A stretch of DNA of 16,645 bases, from the IMG/VR virus record IMGVR_UViG_3300045993_000193. One strand, 5' to 3'. The notes below the pieces were generated by a model, which was given only the letters and a program-made list of their open reading frames with translations, searched no databases and was not told the DNA's origin. Of this stretch, positions 5,167-12,774 are shown piece by piece. The position numbers were made by a program, and so were the translations under genes. Source of the stretch: a virus. Each line of letters begins with the position of its first letter. Within the stretch, counting starts at the first letter, position 1.

Positions 5167-6956
5167 GTACACGCCATGACAACGCTCAACAGATCGCACT
5201 CAGACGCATGCTCACAGCACGAGTAGCAACAGGCGAATGCGTGTGCCCCAAATGCGGACAGCACATACAACCAGGGCAAGCATGGGACGCAGGACACAGG
5301 ATCGACCTGATGCGCCGACCTGGGCAAGCAAGCATGGATCCTGAACTACTCATCCAAGACGGCAACGTGCGACCAGAACACACACGATGCAATCGCAGTG
5401 CAGGCGCACGAGTGGGCAATGAGAAACGTGGACGCGAACGCGCAGCACGCAAAGAGTTATCCACAGGTTTTCCACAGGGCAATCCCAACTCCGCTACCAA
5501 ATCCCCACATCCCCCCTACAAGGGGCGGGTACTGGAGGTAGCGAACCCGGATTCTGTGCCGCCTGTGGTGGCTCCACGGGTCAGGAAGGGCATGGTTCTG
5601 CCGCGTCTGGAGACTCCCCGAACGCCGCGGGTGAAGAGTCTGGGGCCGGACGCGATTGACTGGATTAACAAGAGCGGGATTCTCGGTGGCGCGTGCCTGT
5701 TGCCGTGGCAGGAGTATGCGATCACCCGGGCGCTGGAGTTGAAACCGGATGGGTCGCTGCGTTGGAAGACTGTGGTGTGGACTGTCGCCCGCCAGTCGGG
5801 GAAGTCGTGGGCGGTTCGGGCGTTGGCGTGGTGGCGTATCCACCAGTCAGCCCGGTTTGGTGAGCCGCAGATGATCCTGCACATGGCCCAGATGATTGAT
5901 ACGGCGGTCGAGGTGTGGACCCCGGCAGCCACGCGGGCGATCGAATTGCATGGTGCTAAGGCGGTGAAGTGGGGTCGGGGGACTGAGGAGATCATTCTCC
6001 CGGACCGGGTGGGCCGTTGGAAGTTGCAGGCCGCATCGAACCGGGCCGCGGTCGGATTCTCACTCACCAGTGCGATTGTGGATGAGGCGTGGGCGGTGGA
6101 CGCCGGGATCGTCCACAACGGGGTGGAACCGGCCATGCTCGCCCGCCGTGAGGCCCAGTTGTACCTCGTGTCTACTGCCGGTGAGGCCTCCTCGACCCTG
6201 TTGAAGGACTACCGGGCGCAAGCCCTGGCCGACAAGGACGGCACCGGGGACGTCCTCCTGGTGGAATGGTCCTCACCTCCGGAGGCCCCGTACGACGTCC
6301 CATCGACGTGGAAGTGGGCTTCCCCGTGGTGGACGAAGCAGCGTGAGCAGTTCCTGACGTCGAAACTGTCATCCATCCCGGAGGCACGGTTCAAGGCGCA
6401 GTACTGCAACCAGTGGCAGCAGGCGATCAACGGCTGGATCCCCCGCTCCCTGTGGACAGCCACCGCCAGCACAGATGAGCCCGCCGGTCGCCCTGACGTG
6501 GTCGCCGTCGAGGCCAGTGCGGGGCATGAACGGTGGGCAGCAGTAGCCGCATGGACCGTGGACGGCACGATCACCGTCCGCACCCGCGCCTCCATCTCCC
6601 CAGCCGACGTGTGGCAATGGGTCGAGGCCTACCGCCCCCACCGGTTGCTCATCGGGCCGTCCGTAGCAGCGACCTACAACCGGCGTGCCCGGTTCGAAAT
6701 GGTCACCGGAACCGACACCAACCGCCTGTTCGACTCCGTCAACCGGCTGATCCACGACCGGCAACTCATCCACCACCCTGCTGACTCTGACCTGACGGAC
6801 GCGGTCGGGTTCGCCGTCCCCGCCGTCTCGAACACCGGGATGCACCTGTCCGTCCTCAAATCGACGGGCCCAGTCGAGGCGGCACAGGCGTTGGTGATGG
6901 CTGCAGGGTCCCTGCTGACACCCGGGGCCACCCGCCCAAGTGTCAGATCCGCGTGA
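5163..6956 (+). CDS. HNH endonuclease domain fused to the large terminase subunit
   Basis: The N-terminus (CVCPKCGQ...WDAGHRIDL...NVRPEHTRCNRSAG) is an HNH/zinc-finger nuclease pattern. It is followed by a Lys/Arg/Pro-rich linker and then a Terminase_1-like region with LLPWQEYAI, Walker A-like ARQSGKSW and Walker B-like AIVDEAW. The ORF is single and stop-free. ATG 5163 is preferred over the GTG at 5151. Confidence 0.85.
   Translation: MSTRHDNAQQIALRRMLTARVATGECVCPKCGQHIQPGQAWDAGHRIDLMRRPGQASMDPELLIQDGNVRPEHTRCNRSAGARVGNEKRGRERAARKELSTGFPQGNPNSATKSPHPPYKGRVLEVANPDSVPPVVAPRVRKGMVLPRLETPRTPRVKSLGPDAIDWINKSGILGGACLLPWQEYAITRALELKPDGSLRWKTVVWTVARQSGKSWAVRALAWWRIHQSARFGEPQMILHMAQMIDTAVEVWTPAATRAIELHGAKAVKWGRGTEEIILPDRVGRWKLQAASNRAAVGFSLTSAIVDEAWAVDAGIVHNGVEPAMLARREAQLYLVSTAGEASSTLLKDYRAQALADKDGTGDVLLVEWSSPPEAPYDVPSTWKWASPWWTKQREQFLTSKLSSIPEARFKAQYCNQWQQAINGWIPRSLWTATASTDEPAGRPDVVAVEASAGHERWAAVAAWTVDGTITVRTRASISPADVWQWVEAYRPHRLLIGPSVAATYNRRARFEMVTGTDTNRLFDSVNRLIHDRQLIHHPADSDLTDAVGFAVPAVSNTGMHLSVLKSTGPVEAAQALVMAAGSLLTPGATRPSVRSA
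5456..5477. promoter_or_regulatory. Two inverted copies of the same repeat (TTATCCACA and TTTTCCACA) inside the HNH-terminase linker
   Basis: GTTATCCACAGG (5456-5467) is the exact reverse complement of CCTGTGGATAAC at 5125-5136 and 5137-5148. A second box, TTTTCCACA, lies at 5468-5476, 11 bp later. Confidence 0.8.
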
Positions 6957-6970
6957 TATAGGGCCTCTAG

Positions 6971-8062
6971 GTGTACGGTGCACCTATGGCGCTATGGCCG
7001 ACGAGGGCTCGGGCGTCTGTCGCTGACGCCCAAACCCGCCTGCAGGTGCGGGAGATCATCCCGGGTATGCGCGTATTCGTACCCTCCTGGCAGGAATTCG
7101 CGTCGTATTCCGAGCTCTACGCCCTCCAGGTGCCAGCGTTGACACGGGGTGTCCGCCTGATCTCGGGGACTGTCGCACAGTTGCCGCTCGAAACGTGGCA
7201 GGGCCAAGCCAACATCGACGTGGACACCCCGCAGCCGGGTGTCGCCCGCTGGGTGACGATGCAACGCACCGCGCAGGACCTGGTCCTCCACGGCTACGCC
7301 TACTGGCGCAGGACAGTGGGCGGTGTCGTGTGGATGCCCGCCGCTGAGACGACCCGCACACCCACCAACACCGTCACCGACTCCCACGGCCACGAATACA
7401 CCATCGCGGACCCCACCAAGGACCCCGTCAACGGTCAGGTGATCGCGTTCACCGGCTACCGCGAGCCCCTCCTGACGATCGGTTCGGACGCGATCATCAC
7501 CGCGATGGCGATCGAGGCGGCGTCCCGCGTGTACGCGGAGACCCCATCCCCCAACGCCGTCCTCAAGAACACCTCCAACTATGAACTGGATGACGCGGAA
7601 ATCGACACCCTCCTCGCGAACTACAAGGACGCCCGCAAGGATTCCAACGTCGCCTACCTCAACGGTGGCATCGACCTGGTCGCTACCGGGTTCGACGCCG
7701 TGCAGACGGCCCTGGTGGAGCAGCGCAACCAGTCCTCGCTCGCGATGGCCCGCCTGCTAAACCTGGACCCCTCATGGGTCGGCGCCAGTGTCGCGGGATC
7801 CTCGCTGACCTACTCCAATCGGATTGATCTGCGAACCGACCTGTACGGGCTGACCCTCACCGACTACCTCCTGCCCATAGAACAGCGGTTGGGTATGCCC
7901 GACATGGGTGGCGCAAAGGTCCAATTCTCGGCATCAGAGTTCCTGCGTGCGAACCTCCCCGACCGGGTCACGATGGCCGTCGCTTTGGTGGCGGCGGGAA
8001 TCCTCACCACCGTCGAAGCCCGTGCATTCATCTCAGACGAACCCACCGGAGGAGCAGTATGA
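6971..8062 (+). CDS. Portal protein (HK97-family-like)
   Basis: It lies directly after the terminase and is about 360 aa. The N-terminal YALQVPALTRGVRLISGTVAQLPLE resembles the conserved portal N-terminal helix. The start is ambiguous (GTG 6971 or ATG 6986). Confidence 0.75.
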   Translation: MYGAPMALWPTRARASVADAQTRLQVREIIPGMRVFVPSWQEFASYSELYALQVPALTRGVRLISGTVAQLPLETWQGQANIDVDTPQPGVARWVTMQRTAQDLVLHGYAYWRRTVGGVVWMPAAETTRTPTNTVTDSHGHEYTIADPTKDPVNGQVIAFTGYREPLLTIGSDAIITAMAIEAASRVYAETPSPNAVLKNTSNYELDDAEIDTLLANYKDARKDSNVAYLNGGIDLVATGFDAVQTALVEQRNQSSLAMARLLNLDPSWVGASVAGSSLTYSNRIDLRTDLYGLTLTDYLLPIEQRLGMPDMGGAKVQFSASEFLRANLPDRVTMAVALVAAGILTTVEARAFISDEPTGGAV

Positions 8063-8244
8063 ACCCGACCATGCTCCGATCCCGCCGCACCCGGAAGCCA
8101 CGCACCCGGTACGTACTGGAAATGCCCGGCGAAACGAGCGCTGAGGCCGCTTACGACGCCATACGCATGTTCCGGCAGGCGCTGCAATCCCCCCGGCAAG
8201 TCCTCGTCGCGGCGGGCTGCACAGTGAAGGAGATTCGCGCATGA
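8059..8244 (+). CDS. Small hypothetical protein between the portal and capsid genes (basic N-terminus)
   Basis: ATGA junctions occur at both ends and third-position GC is high. Length is 61 aa. Confidence 0.6.
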   Translation: MNPTMLRSRRTRKPRTRYVLEMPGETSAEAAYDAIRMFRQALQSPRQVLVAAGCTVKEIRA

Positions 8245-9770
8245 GCGTATATATCCGGGACTACCCAATGACGTTGACCGTCCGGGAAGACGTAGACCTC
8301 CCCGACGGTGTCGCCGCGATCCTGTCCGGCATCGCCGTCCCCTACAACACGCCCACAGAGATCGGCCCCGGACTGCGTGAACAATTCGCCCCAGGCTCGT
8401 TCGACGTAAACGACGTCATCGGCAAGCCAATGGCGTGGCGTCACGGTGAACCCATCGGTGTCATCCGGGAAGCACACAACGAGGACCACGGCCTGGTCAT
8501 CGACCGTGCTGATATCGCCGACACCGTCGTGGGCCGTGACGCGACCACCCTCACCAAGCTCGGCGGGATGGGTCTGTCAGTCGGATTCCAGCCCGTATCG
8601 AACGCGAAGACCCCCGGACTGATAACCCGGATGAAAGCCGCCCTGCACGAGTTGTCGTTAACGCATCTACCTGCTTATGCCACCGCTGGCGTGAGCTCGA
8701 TCCGAGAGGAAGAAACCATGCCAGAGACCACTGAGGTCGAGACCGCTGTGGTCCCGGCACCTGATACCCGTGAGTTCGTCACCCGTGACGCGCTCGCCGC
8801 CGTGGAGCGCCAGATCGACGCCCTCGCCCACATCGCACCCGTCAACACGAACCCACTCGCCCAGTACCGCACGGTGGGCGAATACCATCACGCGGTCCTC
8901 GCTGGTACCGCTGAGGTTCGCGCCCTGGTGGATCAGGTCACGGGCGACAACCCCGGCCTGATGACCCCGAACTGGCAGACCAACGTCCGGGGCATCATCG
9001 ACCGTGGCCGCCCGTCGATCACTGCCCTCGGAACAGAGTCGCCCGGTACTTCCGGGATGGACATCAACTGGCCCTATTTCGACGGCGATTTGGCCGCGAT
9101 TGTGGAGGAGCAGTTGACGGAGAAGGCGGAAGTCAACTCCGTCAAGATCTCGTTCAAGAAGGGTTCCGCGTCGCTGCGGACCTGGGCGGCAGCATCGGAT
9201 ATCTCCTTCCAGTTGCTGCAGCGGTCCAACCCGTCCTATCTGGAAGCCCACAACCGGGTCATGCTCGCCTCGTACAGCGCGGTCACTGCGAACGTGTTCG
9301 CTGATGCCCTCGTCGCCGGTGGCACCGCCTCAGCCGTCGATTACGATCTGGCAGCCGATACGACGGGTGCCCTGTTCCGGGCCGCCGTGTTCGCGGCATC
9401 CCTGGAAGTGGACGCCGCTACAGGTGCCCCCGCCTCGGTGGTCCTCGTCGCCCCGAACGTGTTCACCAAGGCGGGTGGCTGGTCCGACCTGACCCCGCAG
9501 CCGTACGGCACGATGAACGTGGGCGGCACCGCAACGGCGTCCACCCTGAACGTGTCCGTTTCCGGGCTGCGCGTGGTCCTCGACCGTAACCTGGCCGCCG
9601 GGACGATCATCGTGACGAACGACCTCGCCGCGAAGTGGGTGGAGGATGGTCCGCGCCTCATCGACGCCGTCAACGTCGCACAACTGGGTCAGGACGTCGC
9701 CGTGTACGGGTTCGGTGTCCCCGTCCTGTACATCGCTGCTGGTGTCGTCAAGATCACGAACCTCGCCTAA
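8241..9770 (+). CDS. Prohead protease (HK97 S78/U35-like) fused to an HK97-fold major capsid protein
   Basis: N-terminal 150 aa: GIAVPYNTPTEI...EQFAPGSFD...WRHGEPIGV...GLSVGFQP...LHELSLTHLPAYA matches the prohead protease pattern. After an acidic linker (REEETMPETTEVE), the C-terminal ~340 aa looks like a capsid protein (NWPYFDGDL, AEVNSVKISF, SDISFQLLQRS). A hairpin follows the gene. Confidence 0.85.
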   Translation: MSVYIRDYPMTLTVREDVDLPDGVAAILSGIAVPYNTPTEIGPGLREQFAPGSFDVNDVIGKPMAWRHGEPIGVIREAHNEDHGLVIDRADIADTVVGRDATTLTKLGGMGLSVGFQPVSNAKTPGLITRMKAALHELSLTHLPAYATAGVSSIREEETMPETTEVETAVVPAPDTREFVTRDALAAVERQIDALAHIAPVNTNPLAQYRTVGEYHHAVLAGTAEVRALVDQVTGDNPGLMTPNWQTNVRGIIDRGRPSITALGTESPGTSGMDINWPYFDGDLAAIVEEQLTEKAEVNSVKISFKKGSASLRTWAAASDISFQLLQRSNPSYLEAHNRVMLASYSAVTANVFADALVAGGTASAVDYDLAADTTGALFRAAVFAASLEVDAATGAPASVVLVAPNVFTKAGGWSDLTPQPYGTMNVGGTATASTLNVSVSGLRVVLDRNLAAGTIIVTNDLAAKWVEDGPRLIDAVNVAQLGQDVAVYGFGVPVLYIAAGVVKITNLA

Positions 9771-9783
9771 GCCCCTCCGGGCC

Positions 9784-9817
9784 GGTGGCCGGGTCCTTTC
9801 GCGGGGGCCCGGTCACC
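9784..9817 (+). terminator. 13-bp GC-rich stem-loop after the capsid gene (terminator, attenuator or mRNA stabiliser)
   Basis: GGTGGCCGGGTCC (9784-9796) pairs with GGGCCCGGTCACC (9805-9817), including two G-U wobbles, around an 8-nt loop TTTCGCGG. There is no U-tract. Confidence 0.5.
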
Positions 9818-9839
9818 GTTAGACAAGAAAGGGGACGTG

Positions 9840-10133
9840 ATGTGGGCAACCGTTGACGACGTGGCCGCGCACATGCGGGTCCCCGCCGACGACTACATGG
9901 CGTCCAAGCTCGACGTCGCCCTGGACTGGGCCGCGAGGAAGCGCCCCGACCTGGACAGGTACACGGAGCAGAGCTTTGCGATCCGGGAAGCGGTGTGCCG
10001 GTACACGGCGCAACTGATCCGAACCGGCTCGAGCCCGCAGTCCCCGGGGTATCCCACCGACGTCGTTGAGCAGTCGTGGGACGACTGGGCGCGGATCACC
10101 GACCTCATCGGACGCCGTTTGGTAGCCCGATGA
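9840..10133 (+). CDS. Head-tail connector/adaptor (gp6-like)
   Basis: MWATVDDVAAHMRVPADDY...LDVALDWA resembles the conserved N-terminus of phage head-tail adaptor proteins. SD AAAGGGGA lies 4 nt before ATG 9840. GTG 9837 is an alternative start. Confidence 0.65.
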   Translation: MWATVDDVAAHMRVPADDYMASKLDVALDWAARKRPDLDRYTEQSFAIREAVCRYTAQLIRTGSSPQSPGYPTDVVEQSWDDWARITDLIGRRLVAR

Positions 10134-10252
10134 ACCTCAACCTGTGGCATGTGGCTATCTGGGCGATCATCTGGCTGGCCGGGTACAAGGTCGGCAGTCG
10201 CGCATTCCTCGCGTACACGCGCCGACCCGGCGACGGACGGCACACGCAATGA
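10130..10252 (+). CDS. 40-aa membrane-type mini-protein inside the head-tail module (not in the ORF track)
   Basis: ATGA junctions occur at both ends (10130-10133 and 10249-10252). Translation is MNLNLWHVAIWAIIWLAGYKVGSRAFLAYTRRPGDGRHTQ. About 33 of 40 codons end in G or C. Confidence 0.55.
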   Translation: MNLNLWHVAIWAIIWLAGYKVGSRAFLAYTRRPGDGRHTQ

Positions 10253-10587
10253 CGCTTGTAACTGATCTGGACTCGTGGGCGTCCACGTTGGCGACCGCCG
10301 TGTCATTGCCCGCGACCCGTGATCCAGATTTGGTCCTCCCGCCGTGCATCCTGGTGGGGTTGCCGGAGATCACTGCCGTCACCCTGACCGCTGTCACCTG
10401 CACTGTGCCCGTGTGGCTGGTTGCTGCCGGTACGGGGAAGCCCGCAGGGGACCAGCTCCTCACAAGCATCCTCACCTTGCTCAATCAGCCCGACATGGTC
10501 CACGCCGCCTCCGATACCACGATCACCGTCGCTGGGGTCGATTTCCACGCCTACGCCTGCACCGCCCGTCTACAGATAACCCTCTAG
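10249..10587 (+). CDS. Head-tail joining or tail terminator-like protein (assigned by position)
   Basis: The in-frame ATG at 10249 forms an ATGA junction. The product is 112 aa. The assignment rests on position between the adaptor and the putative major tail protein. Sequence similarity was judged only by eye. Confidence 0.45.
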   Translation: MTLVTDLDSWASTLATAVSLPATRDPDLVLPPCILVGLPEITAVTLTAVTCTVPVWLVAAGTGKPAGDQLLTSILTLLNQPDMVHAASDTTITVAGVDFHAYACTARLQITL

Positions 10588-10595
10588 GAGAAGTC

Positions 10596-10979
10596 ATGGC
10601 CGTTAATTCCCTCGCCGGGGCGCTGTTCACGTTCGGTGTCGGCGCTGTCCCCACCATGTACACCACGCAGATCACCGACGGCACCATCACCGCGACCCCC
10701 ACCGTGGAACGTGTACGGACCCTGGGGCCGGATGCCGCCTACGTCGGCACCGACCTGCAGCACACCGCTGACGTCAACTTCCTGTACGACGAGTCAACAG
10801 GGTTCTACGCCGCCCTGGACACCGCGACGCTGACGAACGAAGCCCTCGCCGTGACGATCACCGGGGGTGTCGGCACCTGGTCCGGGACCCTGTACGTGAC
10901 GGCCCTGTCAGTGTCGTACGCCGCTGACGGTCTCGCGACCTGTTCCGCATCGTTCGACGGCACCCTGACGTTCGCCTAA
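10596..10979 (+). CDS. Putative major tail protein (127 aa)
   Basis: It has one of the strongest SDs in the window (AGGAG 10586-10590, 5-nt spacer). It is Thr/Gly/Ala-rich with beta-type composition and lies upstream of the tape measure. Confidence 0.5.
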   Translation: MAVNSLAGALFTFGVGAVPTMYTTQITDGTITATPTVERVRTLGPDAAYVGTDLQHTADVNFLYDESTGFYAALDTATLTNEALAVTITGGVGTWSGTLYVTALSVSYAADGLATCSASFDGTLTFA

Positions 10980-10987
10980 ACCCAGTC

Positions 10988-11461
10988 ATGGCTGACCGGT
11001 TCGACGTGACGGGTCTTACCGCGGTGAAGCACGTCCTGAACACGATCGCGAAAGAAGACCTGAACGAGGCGCGGAAGGAAATCCGCACCGCATCCAAGCA
11101 GATTGCGGAACGGCATTTGATCCCCGCGTTGAAGGCGTCGGCGGGTTCGTCCCAGGTCCCCATCGCGTCCCGGATGGCTGACACGGCTAGGGCGAGGTCG
11201 GATCGGATCGTGTTCGTCAAAGTAGGTGCCGTGAACCCGAAACTGTCAGGGTTCAAGCGGGGACAGTCCCGGTATCGGACGGGCATGGCGTGGGGTTCCG
11301 AACGCGGCCCCGTATCCGGCGCGAAAGAGAACACGTACGCCGTCCCCCACAACGAGCGCGGCTACTGGGTGCGGCCCGCCGTCGATAAGACCGCAGGGAA
11401 AGCCGCCGACGAGTACAAGGCGATGCTGCACCGGATCATGCGGAAATACGGAGGCTTCTAA
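10988..11461 (+). CDS. HK97 gp10-like tail-completion/neck protein, occupying the slot where tail assembly chaperones normally sit
   Basis: MADRFDVTGLTAVKHVLNTI... and NERGYWVRPAVDK resemble the gp10-family N-terminal and PFLxPA-like elements. A TAATG junction links it to the tape measure gene. Confidence 0.5.
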   Translation: MADRFDVTGLTAVKHVLNTIAKEDLNEARKEIRTASKQIAERHLIPALKASAGSSQVPIASRMADTARARSDRIVFVKVGAVNPKLSGFKRGQSRYRTGMAWGSERGPVSGAKENTYAVPHNERGYWVRPAVDKTAGKAADEYKAMLHRIMRKYGGF

Positions 11462-12774
11462 TGCCAAGTCTTCCGGGCATAGTCATAAAGATCGGAACCG
11501 ACTCCGCTGATGCGATAAGGAACCTTGACCGGGTCGGTAAGGCGCTGGGACGGGTCGATGGCGCATCCCGTAAGACAAAGGTCGCGTGGAAGGCGCTAGG
11601 CGCTGGGGCTGCTGCTGCAGGCGCCGCAGTCGTCGCATTCTCGGCACAGTCGATAGACGCCTACATCGCTGACGAGAAGGAAGCCGCGACCCTGGCGAAA
11701 TCGTTGGAGAACCTCGGTTTCAGTTACGCAACCGATGAGGTTTCCGCGTTCATCGACAACCTGCAATACGCCGCCAACGTGTCAGAGTCAGAACTACGCC
11801 CCGCGTTCGCGAACCTGATGCGGGCAACGGGGAGCGTGACCGACTCGCAGACCGCCCTGCAACTGGTCCTAGACGTGGCCGCCTCCACCGGCATGGACGT
11901 AGCCAGTGTCAGCGACATCCTGTCTAAGGCGTATGCGGGTAACCGTAAAGGCTTGAAGTCGCTCAAATCCGGCATCGACAACACGACACTGTCCACCGGT
12001 TCGATGGCCGATATCACGAAGGAACTGATCGCCATCTACGGCGGGTCCTCCGACACCGCTGCCAACACCCTTTCCGGATCCATCAAAGGTGTGACGAACG
12101 CCTGGGACGAACTGCAGGAGTCGTGGGGCCGGGGACTGATCGGCGGTGGCGGGGGTGCTGAGCAACTGCAGCAGGCCGAGGAGACCCTGCGCAGGCTCGG
12201 CCCGGAGGTGGAGAAAGCCGGGGGCGTCGTCTCCGGGGTAGCGACCGGCATCGTCGGATCGTTCGCGGACGTCGGCTACGCCGCGTCAGCCATCACCCAG
12301 GGCGATTTCGCGGACGCCATGCAACTCCTCCTCGGGGAACACACCAACACGGCGGGGGCGTGGGCGCTGCAGGACAAGATCAGCGGCTCACTCGACGCCG
12401 CAGCGAACTCCGCGACGTTCGCCGCCTCCCAGATGAACAGTTACGCCGCGTCACTGGAACGCGCCGCCGTAGGACTGGCCGCCGTCGAGGGCGGCACCAC
12501 CAGCGCGGTGGCAGGCGTGTCCGCACTCGGGGACGCCCTGGAACTCGCGTCGTCAGGGAACTACGGGGTGCGTATCGGGGAAGCACTCACCCAACGCCAT
12601 GCCGCCCGGGCAGCAGCAGCCCGCGCCGCAGCCCGTGCGAAAAAAAAAAGTGACCGGATCCACGCCGTGAAGAACGCCGCCGGTCTCGCCGACATCGTCG
12701 CCCGCGCCGCGTCCCGCACAGGTGCGAAGAAAGCCACCAGCCGGGTTCAACTCTCCCGTCAGCAATGCGCGTGA
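11461..12774 (+). CDS. Tape measure protein (437 aa)
   Basis: It is Ala/Gly-rich and helical, with a hydrophobic AAAAGAAVVAF segment. The TMP core-like region is LQLVLDVAASTGMDVASVSDILSKAYAGN. It is the longest gene between the tail tube and the minor tail genes. Confidence 0.8.
   Translation: MPSLPGIVIKIGTDSADAIRNLDRVGKALGRVDGASRKTKVAWKALGAGAAAAGAAVVAFSAQSIDAYIADEKEAATLAKSLENLGFSYATDEVSAFIDNLQYAANVSESELRPAFANLMRATGSVTDSQTALQLVLDVAASTGMDVASVSDILSKAYAGNRKGLKSLKSGIDNTTLSTGSMADITKELIAIYGGSSDTAANTLSGSIKGVTNAWDELQESWGRGLIGGGGGAEQLQQAEETLRRLGPEVEKAGGVVSGVATGIVGSFADVGYAASAITQGDFADAMQLLLGEHTNTAGAWALQDKISGSLDAAANSATFAASQMNSYAASLERAAVGLAAVEGGTTSAVAGVSALGDALELASSGNYGVRIGEALTQRHAARAAAARAAARAKKKSDRIHAVKNAAGLADIVARAASRTGAKKATSRVQLSRQQCA
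12640..12649. repeat. A10 homopolymer within the tape measure gene (codes KKK-S)
   Basis: gcg AAA AAA AAA Agt is the only long A run in a genome of about 65% GC. Confidence 0.95.

Noticed and set aside
5516-6136. Long minus-strand ORFs opposite the terminase, portal and minor tail genes (5516-6136, 6369-6983 and 13116-13922, among others)
   Set aside because: They lie antisense to genes with clear motifs. They have the Arg/Pro/Gly/Ser-rich composition typical of shadow ORFs in high-GC DNA. They lack SD sequences and the overlap-junction pattern seen for real genes here.
7139-7144. Perfect TTGACA hexamers at 7139-7144 and 15983-15988 as -35 promoter elements
   Set aside because: No TANNNT-like -10 hexamer lies 16-19 nt downstream of either. 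Both are inside coding sequence.
11396-11402. GGGAAAG heptamer near the end of the gp10-like gene as a tail-chaperone -1 frameshift site. The -1 frame is open from 11389 and runs straight into the tape measure ORF.
   Set aside because: The heptamer is in the wrong phase. The zero frame reads GGG AAA G, not G GGA AAG, so tRNA re-pairing after a -1 slip would be poor. A shift here would also fuse the protein to the whole TMP rather than create a normal GT-type extension. This remains a curiosity only.
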